Of a stretch of DNA of 31,533 nt, positions 15,537 to 27,359 are shown in pieces (the first letter of the stretch is position 1; each line of letters opens with the position of its first letter). Position numbers and translations under genes: made by a program. This DNA comes from Deinococcaceae bacterium. GTDB taxonomy: Bacteria; Deinococcota; Deinococci; Deinococcales; Trueperaceae. The DNA is taken from assembly GCA_040256005.1 (NCBI GenBank), contig JBDZWC010000015.1, positions 2,950 through 34,482 of the forward strand, in the 5' to 3' direction. A model generated the notes under the pieces. That model searched no databases. It was not told the DNA's origin and saw nothing but the letters and a program-made list of their open reading frames with translations.

Positions 15537-17630
15537 GTGCTCAGCGTCCCCGAGAAGATCCTCTTCGTGATCCTGGCAGCGGCCTCCGCCTACTTCGCCT
15601 ACCGCGGTTTCGCCAGGGTCGTGAAGGTGATCCGCAGGGGCCAGCCAGGCCCGCTGCCACGGACCAACCAGTTGCTGCGGCGCGCGGTCGAGGGCGTGCT
15701 CAAGACGCTCTCACAGCGCACCGTGTTCCGGGCGCGGCCGGTCGCGAGCACGTTCCACGCCTTCATCTTCTACGGCTTCGTCCTCTACCTGTTCGTCAAC
15801 GTGATCGACGGGCTGAGGGGTTTCCTGCCTACCGGCTGGACCGCCGGTCTCGGCTTCGGCGCCGTGGGCGACGTGTACAGGTTGGTGGCCGACGTCCTGA
15901 CCGTCCTGATCCTCGTGGGGATGGTCTTCTTCCTCGTGCGCCGCTTCGCGGTGCGTCCGACCACGCTGCAGCAGAACGAGCGCACGCTCCTCCACGAGCG
16001 GGTGCAGCAGGGCTCCGTGCGGCGCGACTCGCTGATCGTGGGTGCGTTCATCATCCTGCACGTGGGTTTCCGGTTCACGGCCGAGTCGTTCCTCCTGGCG
16101 GCCGAGGGCCACACCGATCCCTTCCAGCCCTTCGCCTCGACGCTGGCCTCGCTCGTCGGGTTCGGAGAGGGCCGCATGGTCGGATGGCACGTGGGCTGGT
16201 GGGGAGCCCTCGGCCTGATCCTCGCGTTCCTGCCCTACTTCCCGCGGTCCAAGCACATCCACCTGTTCGCGACACCGGCGAAGTTCACGCTCGAGCGCCG
16301 CGAAGAGGACCTGCAGCCGGTGCCCACCGGCGTGCTCGAGCCCGTCGACCTAGAGGACGAGACCGCGGAGCAGTTCGGCGCCGCGCGGCTCGAGCACTTG
16401 AGGTTCCCGCAGCTGCTAGACGCCTACGCGTGCATCCAGTGCAACCGCTGCTCGAACGTCTGCCCCGCGAACCAGACCGGCAAGGCCCTCAGCCCGGCTG
16501 CCCTGGAGATCAACAAGCGTTACGAGCTGAACCTGATCGGCGACGCGTTCGCCGCAGGCGAGGAGAGCCCGCGCCCGCTCGTCGACTTCGCCATCTCGCC
16601 AGAGGCCGTGTGGGCCTGCACGACCTGCGGCGCCTGCATGGAGGTCTGCCCGGTCGGCTGCGAGCAGATGATCGACATCGTCGACATCAGGCGCGACCTG
16701 GTGATGATGCAGGGCGAGTTCCCCGCCGAGCTGCAGAACGCCTTCCGCGGCATGGAGCGCACCGGCAACCCGTGGGGCATCGCTCAGGACAAGCGTATGG
16801 AGTGGGCCGATGGGCTTGCCGTGCCCACCGTGGAGGAGAACCCGGGGTTCGAGGTGCTGTTCTTCGTCGGCTGTGCCGGCTCCTACGACCCAGCGGCCCA
16901 GCGCACCACGAAAGCGATGGTGCGCATCCTCGAGCACGCCAAGGTCAACTACGCGGTGCTCGGCAAGGCCGAGCGCTGCACCGGCGACCCCGCGAGGCGC
17001 GCCGGCAACGAGTACCTCTACTACCAGCTGGCGACCGAGAACGTGGAGACGCTCAACGCCACGCTCATCGGCGAGAACCTGGACGAGAGCAAGAGCAAGC
17101 TCGTGCTGACCACGTGCCCTCACTGCTTCAACGCGCTCGTCAACGACTACCCGCAGCTGGGCGGTCACTACGAGGTGGTGCATCACACGCAGTTGATCGA
17201 GCGGCTGACATCCGAGGGTCGCCTGCCGCCGCTGGCCGAGTCCCGCAGCGTCACGTTCCACGACCCCTGCTACCTGGGCCGGCACAACGGCGAGTACGAC
17301 GCGCCGCGCGCGGTCCTCAGCGGGGGCGGCACGAACCTGCTCGAGATGGAGAAGAGCCGCAACGACTCCTTCTGCTGCGGCGCCGGTGGCGCGCAGTTCT
17401 GGAAGGAGGAGGAGCCCGGTGACAGGCGGGTCTCGGAGGAGCGCTTCGCGCAGGCGGTGGAGACCGGCGCCGAGGTCGTCGCCACGGGCTGCCCGTTCTG
17501 CAAGGTCATGCTCGGCTCGAGCGAGGGATCGCAGGCCGAAGGGGCCCCCGAGGTGCTGGACGTCGCCCAGCTCGTCGCCGCCCGGCTGGACGGCATCCAG
17601 TCGCTTCTGGACTCCGTCGCCAGCGACTAG
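15537..17630 (+). CDS. membrane-anchored Fe-S oxidoreductase (FadF / heterodisulfide-reductase-like)
   Basis: N-terminal TM region, two 4Fe-4S motifs (CIQCNRCSNVCP, CTTCGACMEVCP) and two CCG domains (CTGD..CPHC; HDPCYLGR, CCGAGG, CPFC). GTG follows AGGAGG. Confidence 0.9.
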   Translation: MLSVPEKILFVILAAASAYFAYRGFARVVKVIRRGQPGPLPRTNQLLRRAVEGVLKTLSQRTVFRARPVASTFHAFIFYGFVLYLFVNVIDGLRGFLPTGWTAGLGFGAVGDVYRLVADVLTVLILVGMVFFLVRRFAVRPTTLQQNERTLLHERVQQGSVRRDSLIVGAFIILHVGFRFTAESFLLAAEGHTDPFQPFASTLASLVGFGEGRMVGWHVGWWGALGLILAFLPYFPRSKHIHLFATPAKFTLERREEDLQPVPTGVLEPVDLEDETAEQFGAARLEHLRFPQLLDAYACIQCNRCSNVCPANQTGKALSPAALEINKRYELNLIGDAFAAGEESPRPLVDFAISPEAVWACTTCGACMEVCPVGCEQMIDIVDIRRDLVMMQGEFPAELQNAFRGMERTGNPWGIAQDKRMEWADGLAVPTVEENPGFEVLFFVGCAGSYDPAAQRTTKAMVRILEHAKVNYAVLGKAERCTGDPARRAGNEYLYYQLATENVETLNATLIGENLDESKSKLVLTTCPHCFNALVNDYPQLGGHYEVVHHTQLIERLTSEGRLPPLAESRSVTFHDPCYLGRHNGEYDAPRAVLSGGGTNLLEMEKSRNDSFCCGAGGAQFWKEEEPGDRRVSEERFAQAVETGAEVVATGCPFCKVMLGSSEGSQAEGAPEVLDVAQLVAARLDGIQSLLDSVASD

Positions 17631-17812
17631 GGCGCCCGCTGCCGCGGGCAGGGAGCCCGTTCCCAGCGGGGTGAGTGGCAAGTTCGTCAGCATCGCGAGG
17701 GCCGCGGAACGTATCCTCGACCGGTGACCTGCGTCGCGTTGGCGGCCGTACAAGACGTTGGCGGACGCGGCGCGGCTCCCGCGCTGAGCGCCTCGTCGTG
17801 CGAGGTGTGCCC

Positions 17813-20098
17813 GTGAGCGCGAAAGGCATCGCCCCCGACATGGCCACCGAGTCCGTCAGCGCGGCCAGCCGGGCCGTGCGCCTGCTCGAGGAGCTGCTCG
17901 AGCACACCAGCGAGGTCGTCCTCGTCCTCGACAGGGACGACCGGGTGGTGGACTGCAACCCGCGCGCCGAGATCACGCTGGGGGCGCGCCGCGGTGAGCT
18001 CATCGGCCTACGGCTCGAGGAGCTGGTGCCCATGGGCTCGCCCCTCCTGGCGCTGCTGCAGGTGCAAGACGCGGACGAACCGCTGCGCCTCGAGGTCGAG
18101 CTGGAGCGCCGCGACGGGGGTTTCGTGCCGGTCGAGATCCTCGCGCGTAGGTTGGGCGGCGGTTCCACCCTGTTGCTGTGTCGCGACACGACGTTGGCGC
18201 GCAGCGCCGAGCAGGCGCTCGAGCGCAGCGAGCGGCGCTTCATGGCGCTCGTCAAGCACTCCTCGGACGTCACCGTGGTGCTCGACGGCAACGGCGGCGT
18301 CAGCTACGTCTCGCCCTCGATAGCCCGCCTCGGCGTCCACCAGCTCATCACCACGGAGAACCAGTTGTGGCGGGTGGTGCACCCGCGTGACCGCGCCCGG
18401 TTGGAGGGCGAGATGCGCGAGCTCAAGACGGTGCGCGCCGGGTCGGCGCCCAGCCTCCCGCCGCGGGTCTCGCGCTTCCGCTACCGGGTGCGCGGCGAGT
18501 GGCGTTGGGTGGAGGCGGTAGCCGCCGACCTGCGCGACGACCCGGACGTGCGCGGCATCGTCCTCAACGTTCGCGACGTCACCGAGCGCGAGGAGTCAGC
18601 CGCGCGCCTGCGCCTCAGCGAGGCCTACTACCGCGCGATCTTCGAGAAGAGCCTCGAGGGCGTCGTGCTCCTGGGCAGGGACAAGCGCGTCCGGACGGCC
18701 AGCGGTGCGGTCGTCAGGATGCTGGGCCACCCCATCGAGTTCTACGCCGGCGAGCTGCGCGATCAGCTCATCCACCCCGACGACCTCGACGCCTTCGCCG
18801 ACGCGCTGGACATGGCCGAGGCGGTGCCCGGCGCCTCCGAGAGCGTCCGCTACCGGTTCAAGGACGCGCGCGGCGAGTGGCGTTGGCTCGAGGGCACGAT
18901 CACGAACCTGCTCGAGGACCCTGACGTGCGGGCGTTCGTCGTGAACTTCCGCGACATCAGCGACCGCGTCAGGGCGATGGAGAAGATCCAGAACCTCAAC
19001 GACGAGCTCAAGCGCCGCCTCGACCACGTCCAGTCGCTCAGGCGCATAGACATGGCGATCACGAACTCGGTCGACGTGAGGTTGGTGCTCGACATCTTCA
19101 TGGACCAGCTCGTGCAGGACCTGGGTGTCGATGCCGTCGCCGTGCTGCTGTACGAGCCGGCCGGGCAGGTCCTCAGGCCGTCGGTCGGCCGCGGTTTCAC
19201 GGCGGAGCTCAGGCAGCGGCTGCGGCTCGCCCTGGGGGACGGGCCCGCCGGTCGGGCGGCCCTGGAGCAGCGCTCGATCTTCCTGCCCGACCTCAACGCC
19301 GAGCCCCAGCGTGGCGCCGCCATCGCGGAGGCACACCAGGAGGGCTTCAAGAGCTACATGGCCGTCCCCATGTTCGCCAAGGGTCAGCTGCAGGGCGTCA
19401 TCGAGCTCTACACCCGCCGGGTGCTGGAGCCGTCGGACGAGTGGCTCGAGTTCCTCGAGACGTACGCCGACCAGGGCGCCATCGCGATCGAGAACGCGCA
19501 ACTGCTGCGCTCGCTGGAGCGTTCCAACGTGGAGCTGCAGCGCGCCTACGACCGTACGATCGCGGGCTGGGCCAACGCGCTCGATCTCAAGGACGAGGAC
19601 ACCGCCGGCCACAGCAAGCGCGTCACCGACATGACCGTTCGCCTGGCGCGCCGTCTGGGCATGGCGGCGGAGGAGCTGGTCCACGTCCAGCGCGGCGCTC
19701 TGCTGCATGACATCGGCAAGATGGGCATCCCGGACTCCATCCTCCTCAAGCGCGGGCCCCTCACCGACCAAGAGTTCGCCGTCATGAAGCAGCATCCCGT
19801 CTACGCCTACGAGCTGCTCGGTCCCATCGAGTTCCTGCGGCCCGCCCTGGACATCCCGTATAGCCACCACGAACGGTGGGACGGCACTGGCTACCCGCGC
19901 GGCCTCAAGGGCGAGGAGATCCCGCTCTCGGCGCGCATATTCGCGATCGTCGACGTCTTCGACGCGCTCACCTCCGACCGCCCCTACCGCAAGGCGTGGA
20001 CGCGCGAGGAGGCGCTGGAGCACATCAAGCAAGGCATCGGCACCCACTTCGACCCGCGCGTCGCCGAGGCCTTCTTCGAGCTGATCGACAACGAGTAG
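17813..20098 (+). CDS. PAS-PAS-PAS-GAF-HD-GYP cyclic-dinucleotide phosphodiesterase
   Basis: PAS/PAC motifs (VHPRD, GEWRW, RDVTER, IHPDD, RDISDR), a GAF domain, T.GHS.RV, LHDIGK, HHERWDGTGYP and DALTSDRPYRK. GTG 17813 follows GAGGTG; the start is uncertain. Confidence 0.92.
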   Translation: MSAKGIAPDMATESVSAASRAVRLLEELLEHTSEVVLVLDRDDRVVDCNPRAEITLGARRGELIGLRLEELVPMGSPLLALLQVQDADEPLRLEVELERRDGGFVPVEILARRLGGGSTLLLCRDTTLARSAEQALERSERRFMALVKHSSDVTVVLDGNGGVSYVSPSIARLGVHQLITTENQLWRVVHPRDRARLEGEMRELKTVRAGSAPSLPPRVSRFRYRVRGEWRWVEAVAADLRDDPDVRGIVLNVRDVTEREESAARLRLSEAYYRAIFEKSLEGVVLLGRDKRVRTASGAVVRMLGHPIEFYAGELRDQLIHPDDLDAFADALDMAEAVPGASESVRYRFKDARGEWRWLEGTITNLLEDPDVRAFVVNFRDISDRVRAMEKIQNLNDELKRRLDHVQSLRRIDMAITNSVDVRLVLDIFMDQLVQDLGVDAVAVLLYEPAGQVLRPSVGRGFTAELRQRLRLALGDGPAGRAALEQRSIFLPDLNAEPQRGAAIAEAHQEGFKSYMAVPMFAKGQLQGVIELYTRRVLEPSDEWLEFLETYADQGAIAIENAQLLRSLERSNVELQRAYDRTIAGWANALDLKDEDTAGHSKRVTDMTVRLARRLGMAAEELVHVQRGALLHDIGKMGIPDSILLKRGPLTDQEFAVMKQHPVYAYELLGPIEFLRPALDIPYSHHERWDGTGYPRGLKGEEIPLSARIFAIVDVFDALTSDRPYRKAWTREEALEHIKQGIGTHFDPRVAEAFFELIDNE

Positions 20099-20127
20099 GC
20101 CCGTCGGCCGAGGCTATGCTGGCCGGC

Positions 20128-20718
20128 GTGCCTCGTCCCGCCAGGTTCGCATTCTTCCTCGTCCTGTTCGTGATCGCCGGTGTGGCCGCGTACTGGCTGG
20201 GTACCCGCCTGCGCCCCGCGCCCGAACCGGCCGGCACCGCCCTCTCCGACCCTGTCCCGATCTCGGGGCTACAGCTCGTCGACCAGGACGGCCAACCGTT
20301 CGACATGGCGGCCGACCTGAGCGGCGACGTCGCGCTGGTCTTCTTCGGTTTCACGCGCTGCCCTGACGTCTGCCCGTTCACGATGGCGCAGCTCTCCAGC
20401 GTGTACGCCGAGGTGGGCGAGCCGGGCGACCTCAAGGTGGTCATGGTCACCGTGGACCCCGAGTTCGACACGCCCGAGGTTGTGGGCGAGTACGTGAAGC
20501 GGTTCGACCCCTCGTTCATCGGCCTGACCGGCTCGAACTCTCAGGTGGCCGCGGCCGCCAAGGCGTTCTTCGTGGGCTACGGCGGCGCCGGCGTGGACAC
20601 CGTGCACACCGAGTACGTGGCCGTGCTGGACCGCCAGGGGCGCATGCGCTACGTGTACGGCTCCGACGTGGTCAGGACCCTGGCCAGGGACGTGCCCCGG
20701 TTGCTTCAGGAGCTGTGA
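20128..20718 (+). CDS. SCO1/SenC copper chaperone
   Basis: N-terminal TM anchor, FGFTRCPDVCP, TVDPEFDTP and conserved His (VHT). GTG 20128 is 7 nt after TATGCT; an alternative ATG is at 20116. Confidence 0.92.
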   Translation: MPRPARFAFFLVLFVIAGVAAYWLGTRLRPAPEPAGTALSDPVPISGLQLVDQDGQPFDMAADLSGDVALVFFGFTRCPDVCPFTMAQLSSVYAEVGEPGDLKVVMVTVDPEFDTPEVVGEYVKRFDPSFIGLTGSNSQVAAAAKAFFVGYGGAGVDTVHTEYVAVLDRQGRMRYVYGSDVVRTLARDVPRLLQEL

Positions 20719-20789
20719 GCGGCGGCCCGGCCCTGCGGTAACGGACGCCGTTGACAAGCATGGTCGCCCGCGACCGCTGAGCTAGACCT

Positions 20790-21503
20790 TCAGTTGACCG
20801 CGCTGTCCTCGGCGAACCTCTGCAGCGCCAGCGGCAACACGAGGTAACGCCCACGCGTGCCGGCGAGGAGGCCCTGGCCGCGGAGCTGCTGCACCGCGGA
20901 GCTGGTGGTCTCACGGGCGGCGCCCACCAGGCCGGCGAGCGTGTCGTGGGTGAGCGGCAACGTGAGCCTGACCATGCCGCCCTGCACCTCCTGCCCGAAG
21001 CGCTGGGCCAGCCGGAGGAAGACCTTCGCCACACGCACCGCGACCGGGACGTCTACGTCCTGCAGCTGTTCCGTGAGCCGTTCCAAACGGACCGCAGCGG
21101 CGTGCCCCAGCACGCTGTCGTACGTTCCGCCGTCATGCACGTCCTGCGGGAGCGCGACGATCCTGACGTCCGGACCCAGTGCGGAGGCCGTGTCCAGGTA
21201 GCGTTCCTGGTCAGGGCTGAGGGCGCCCACGACGTCGCCGGGGCCCGCCAGGTCGATGAGCCGCCCGCGACCGCCGGCGCCGTCGAGCGACACCGCCAGC
21301 AGGCCAGAGGTGACGAGGTACGAGTGCCGCGCGGCGTCGCCCTGGTGGTAAAGGGTCTCACCGGCCTCCAGGGTCATGCCCGCGCCGTGCTCCGCCTGGG
21401 GCAGGGCGAACTCCTGACCAGGCCGCACGCTGGTCATCCGGAGGCTGGGCAGCGGCGCCGCCGAGTCCACCGGCAGGTGCGAGCCGTCGTACGCGGGCGT
21501 CAT
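20790..21503 (-). CDS. Crp/Fnr family transcriptional regulator
   Basis: cNMP-like domain (GETLYHQGD..YLV.SG) and HTH LTHDTLAGLVGAARETTS. ATG is 7 nt after TAGAAT. Confidence 0.9.
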   Translation of the reverse strand: MTPAYDGSHLPVDSAAPLPSLRMTSVRPGQEFALPQAEHGAGMTLEAGETLYHQGDAARHSYLVTSGLLAVSLDGAGGRGRLIDLAGPGDVVGALSPDQERYLDTASALGPDVRIVALPQDVHDGGTYDSVLGHAAAVRLERLTEQLQDVDVPVAVRVAKVFLRLAQRFGQEVQGGMVRLTLPLTHDTLAGLVGAARETTSSAVQQLRGQGLLAGTRGRYLVLPLALQRFAEDSAVN

Positions 21504-21565
21504 GGCACCGATTCTAAAGCCTCACACCGGGATGTCGCGTACGGATGGTCTCAAGCCCGGCTGCG

Positions 21566-22842
21566 CTAGGCCGCTGCCTCGACCCGCCTGTAGGCCACCT
21601 CGCCGCGGACGAGCGTCGCGACGGGCCAGCCGGTGAACGCCTCACCCTCCCACGGGGAGTGCTTCGCCTTGCTTAGGAACCGGGAACCGACGACGGCCGT
21701 CGCGGTCTTCAGGTCGAGCACCGTGACGTCAGCCGGCGCCCCTGGTGTCAGGCGGGGCGCCGGCCAACCCATGACCGCGGCGGGCCCGTCCTGGAGGTGC
21801 CACAGCAGGCGCTCGAGGGGCAACAGCCCGGCCGCCACGAGCCGTGTATGCAGCAAGGGGAAGCTGACCTCGAGGTTGGCGATGCCGAACGGCGCGCTCA
21901 GCATGTCCTGCTGCTTCTCGGCGAGCGTGTGCGGCGCGTGGTCGGTGCCGATCGCGTCCACGCTCCCGTCCAGCAACCCGGCCCTGAGCGCCTCTACGTC
22001 CGCTTGCCGCCTGAGCGGCGGGGCTACCTTGAACAGCGGGTCGTAGCCGGCCAACGCCTCGTCCGTGAGGGTGAGGTGGTGAGGCGTGACCTCCAGGGTG
22101 ACGGGCGCGCCGGACGCCTTGAGCCAACGGCCCACCCCTAGCCCGCGCGCCGAGCTCACGTGCGCCAGGTGGACCCGCGCCCCCGTCATGCGGGCGATCT
22201 CGCCGTCGCGGAAGAGCATGACGGCCTCGGCCTCCACGGGGTTGCCCGGCAGGCCCAGGCGCTGGCTCACCTCGCCCTCGTTCATGACGCCGTCGTCCCG
22301 CAGGCTGGGGTCCTCGGAGTGCGTCTGCACCACCAGACCGAGCTCGGCGGCGTAGTGGCAGGCGCTGCGGAACAGCCTCGCGTCGGCTACCGGCACCCCA
22401 TCGTCGGTCACCATCACCGCTCCCGCCGCCGCCAGGGCGGCCATGTCCGTCAACTCCTCGCCACGCAGGCCCTTGCTGAGGGCCGCGGCGGGCCTCAACC
22501 TGGCGCCGGGAACGCGGGCGGCGCGAGCCACGAGGTCGGCCACCAAGCCGGGGTCGTCGACGACGGGGACCGTGTTGGCCATGCTCACTACCGTGCCGAA
22601 GCCGCCGGCGGCCGCGGCGGCCAGCCCACTGGCCAGGTCTTCCTTGGTCTCCTGCCCCGGGTCCCGCAGGTGAGCGTGCAGGTCCAGGAACGCGGGCGTG
22701 ACCGTCATGCCGTCGGCGTCCACCTCTTGGTCCACAGCGCCGCCCAGGTCGGTTCCCTCGATCACGCCGTCCTTGACGTACAGGTCGTGGGCACCGCGGT
22801 CACCGGATCCGTCCAGGAGGAGGCCGCCTCGCAGCGCCAGCC

Positions 22843-22846
<4 letters not shown>
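21566..22846 (-). CDS. pyrC: dihydroorotase (type I)
   Basis: DLHAHLRDPG, MANT.PV.D, TDDG, HSED, HVS, EVTPHHL, K..PPLR and TDHAPH; metal ligands are intact. Confidence 0.95.
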
Positions 22847-24445
<1,599 letters not shown>

Positions 24446-24572
24446 TGCGAACAGCATAACGCCTGACCCCGGCTGGTTGGACCCGCCGACCCGGGTAGAC
24501 AGGGAACGCGCCGGTCCCGACGGACGTTTCACGCTTCGGGAGCTCGAGCGACCCGGTGTTATCGTGCCAGGC

Positions 24573-26171
24573 ATGACGGACACAGCCACCAAGGCGCCGG
24601 AGACGGGCGTCACGCGGAGCTTCGGCAACCTGATCGGCGGCCGCGAGGTGCCGAGCGAGACGAGCTTCGCCTCACGCAACTCCAGCCGGCTCGAGGACAT
24701 GCTCGGCCGTTTCCCCGAGGCCACCAAGGAGCAGGTGCGTGAGGCCTGCCAGGTCGCCCGCGAAGCGTTCGGTAGATGGTCGCGCACGCCCGCGCCCATC
24801 CGCGGTCAGCTCATAGGCCAGGTCGGGAAGGCGCTCGAGCGCGAGAAGGAGTCTCTCTCTCGCCTCGTCACACGCGAGATGGGGAAGACGCTCAAGGAGG
24901 CGCGGGGCAGCGTCCAGGAGGCCATCGACACCTGCCACTTCTTCCAGTCGGAGGGGCGACGCCTGTACGGCCAGACGGTCCCCTCCGAGATGCCGCGCAA
25001 GGACCTCAACACCTACCGTCGGCCGCTCGGTGTCGTGGGCATCGTCACGGCCGGCAACTTCCCGATCGCCGTGCCGTCGTGGAAGATCATCCCCGCGCTT
25101 GTCACGGGCAACACGATCGTCTGGAAGCCCAGCGAGGACGCCCCTGCGGTCGCGTACGCCTTCGCCAAGATCATCGAGGAGGCGGGCGTTCCCGCCGGGG
25201 TGCTCAACGTCGTCTTCGGCGGGGGCAAGGGGGCGGCCGGCGAGTTCCTCGTCGACATGATGGACGAGGGCCGCCTGGACAAGTTCGCCTTCACGGGCAG
25301 CACGGCCGTAGGGCGCCATATCGGCGAGGTCGCCGGTCGCAACCTCTTGCATCCCACGCTGGAGCTGGGAGGCAAGAACCCCCTCATCATCATGCGGGAC
25401 GCCGACCTGGCCAACGCCGTCGAGGGCGCCATCTTTTCAGCCTTCGGCACCGGCGGCCAGCGCTGTACCTCGGCCGGCAACGTCATCGTCGACGCGCCCA
25501 TCTACGACGAGTTCAAGCGGCGGTTCCTGGAGCGCGTCCAGCAGATCCGCATCGGTGATCCCAACCAGCACGACGACGTCCTCTACGGCCCGTTCATCAA
25601 CCAGCGCTTCTTCGAGAACTGGCAGCAGCACTACCGGTGGGGCGAGGAGGACGGCGCCACGCTGCTGCACGGACAGGGTCGCATCGAGGAGGGCAAGGCC
25701 CCCAGCGGCTTCGTCGGGGACCCGAGCGCGGCGTACTACGGCTGGCCCACCGTGTGGGAGGGCGTCAGGCCGGGCATGCGGCTGTTCCAGACCGAGGTCT
25801 TCGGTCCCACCATCAACCTGGTCAAGGTCGACGGCATCGAGGAGGCCGTCGATACCGCCAACTCCGTCGACTACGGCCTGTCCAGCGCGATCTACACCAA
25901 CGACCGCGAGTGGGCGCATCACTTCAAGGAGAACATCCAGGCCGGCATGTCCTCGATCAACAACACGACGGTGGGCGCGGAGGCCCACATGCCGTTCGGC
26001 GGCGTCAAGGGCTCCGGCAACGGCACGCGCGAGTCCGGCATCTGGGTCATCGAGAGCTACACCTACTGGCACGCCGTCAACGACGACGTGTCCGGCAAGC
26101 TGCAGCTGGCGCAGATGGACACCGAGTACGTCGAGCCCAAGGGGGCGGTGGACGTCAGCGCGCTGTTCTGA
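24573..26171 (+). CDS. aldehyde dehydrogenase family protein
   Basis: AGNFPIA, WKPSE, FTGST, LELGGKNP, catalytic Cys in GQRCTS, EVFGP and PFGGVKGSG. ATG 24573 is 7 nt after the extended -10 TGTTATCGT. Confidence 0.94.
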   Translation: MTDTATKAPETGVTRSFGNLIGGREVPSETSFASRNSSRLEDMLGRFPEATKEQVREACQVAREAFGRWSRTPAPIRGQLIGQVGKALEREKESLSRLVTREMGKTLKEARGSVQEAIDTCHFFQSEGRRLYGQTVPSEMPRKDLNTYRRPLGVVGIVTAGNFPIAVPSWKIIPALVTGNTIVWKPSEDAPAVAYAFAKIIEEAGVPAGVLNVVFGGGKGAAGEFLVDMMDEGRLDKFAFTGSTAVGRHIGEVAGRNLLHPTLELGGKNPLIIMRDADLANAVEGAIFSAFGTGGQRCTSAGNVIVDAPIYDEFKRRFLERVQQIRIGDPNQHDDVLYGPFINQRFFENWQQHYRWGEEDGATLLHGQGRIEEGKAPSGFVGDPSAAYYGWPTVWEGVRPGMRLFQTEVFGPTINLVKVDGIEEAVDTANSVDYGLSSAIYTNDREWAHHFKENIQAGMSSINNTTVGAEAHMPFGGVKGSGNGTRESGIWVIESYTYWHAVNDDVSGKLQLAQMDTEYVEPKGAVDVSALF

Positions 26172-26210
26172 CCCTCGGTTCTGAGAGCTAGGTCCGCCCG
26201 TGAACGCCGC

Positions 26211-27359
26211 TCAGCGCTTGCGGGCGGGCTCCTGTAGCAGCTCCGACAGGCGTTCGTCGGCCAACAGCGTCTTGATCTCCTGCACGCGGTCCTTGTGCAC
26301 CAACAGCAGGGCATGGCCGCGTTTGACGATGACGAGGTCGTTGACGCCGAGCGTCACGACGACGTCGCCCTCGTCCTCTGTGTAGACGATGTTCCCAGAC
26401 GCGTCGTGCCCGATGTGTCGCCCTACGACTGTGTTGGAGCCGTCGTGGGCGACGAGCCTCTCCAGGGCGCCCCAGTCGCCGATGTCGTCCCACTCGAAAC
26501 GGCCCGGCACGACGTGGGCGCGGTCCGTGCGCTCCATGAGCGCGTAGTCGATGCTGATCCGTGGCAGCTCCCCGAACCTCTCGGCCACCGCGCCGGCCTC
26601 GAACGCCGAGCGCAGCGGCAACATGAGGTCGGGCGCGCGCCGGTCCAGCTCGGTGAGGACGTCCCGGGTGCGCCACACGAATATGCCGGCGTTCCACAGG
26701 TAACCGCCGGTGGCCAGGTACGTCTCGGCGGTGCGGGCGCTGGGCTTCTCGACGAAGCGCTTGACCGTGTAGCCCGCCCCGGCCGGCTCACCCACCTCGA
26801 TGTAGCCGTAGCCGGTGGCCGGACGCGTGGGCGTGATGCCGACGGTCACCAGCCCGCCGCGGTCCTGGGCGACGCCGGCCGCGGCCCTTATCGCCTCGTG
26901 GAAGCCGGGGCCTATCCGGTGGTCCGACGAGAAGAAGCCGGTCACCGCTTCGCCGTGCCGCTTAGCGATCGTCAGGCAGGCGAGGGCGATCGCCGGCGCC
27001 GAGTCGCGTGGCGTCGGCTCCACCAGCAGGTTCTCGAGCGGGACGTCGGGCAGCTGCTCGCAGACGAGCCCCACGTAGCGCCTGGCCGTGGCGACGTACA
27101 CGTGCGCCGGGTCACCGGCCAGCGGCAGGACGCGGTCGTAGGTGGACTGGATCAGCGTGCGCCCGCTGCGCCCCAGGTCCAGGAACTGCTTGGGCCTGTC
27201 TGCGGTGGAGAGGGGCCAGAAGCGCTGACCCTGACCGCCCGCCATGATCACGGCGCGGAAGCCCGGGATCGGGCCCAGGTCGGCCAGGTTGTCCTCGGAG
27301 GGCGCCGCGGCGGCCGCGTCCGTCGCCTGCGGAAGCGAGTTGGTGCTGGGTTCGCTCAC
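26211..27359 (-). CDS. manC: mannose-1-phosphate guanylyltransferase
   Basis: VIMAGGQGQRFWPLS..RPKQF, EP.PRDSAPAI, TGYGYIE, FVEKP, WNAGIF, ISIDYALME and WDDIGDW. No PMI domain. Confidence 0.93.
   Translation of the reverse strand: MSEPSTNSLPQATDAAAAAPSEDNLADLGPIPGFRAVIMAGGQGQRFWPLSTADRPKQFLDLGRSGRTLIQSTYDRVLPLAGDPAHVYVATARRYVGLVCEQLPDVPLENLLVEPTPRDSAPAIALACLTIAKRHGEAVTGFFSSDHRIGPGFHEAIRAAAGVAQDRGGLVTVGITPTRPATGYGYIEVGEPAGAGYTVKRFVEKPSARTAETYLATGGYLWNAGIFVWRTRDVLTELDRRAPDLMLPLRSAFEAGAVAERFGELPRISIDYALMERTDRAHVVPGRFEWDDIGDWGALERLVAHDGSNTVVGRHIGHDASGNIVYTEDEGDVVVTLGVNDLVIVKRGHALLLVHKDRVQEIKTLLADERLSELLQEPARKR

Noticed and set aside
21517..21540. CRP autoregulatory site upstream of the Crp/Fnr gene
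   Set aside because: Only a single TGTGA half-site is present, without a properly spaced TCACA.
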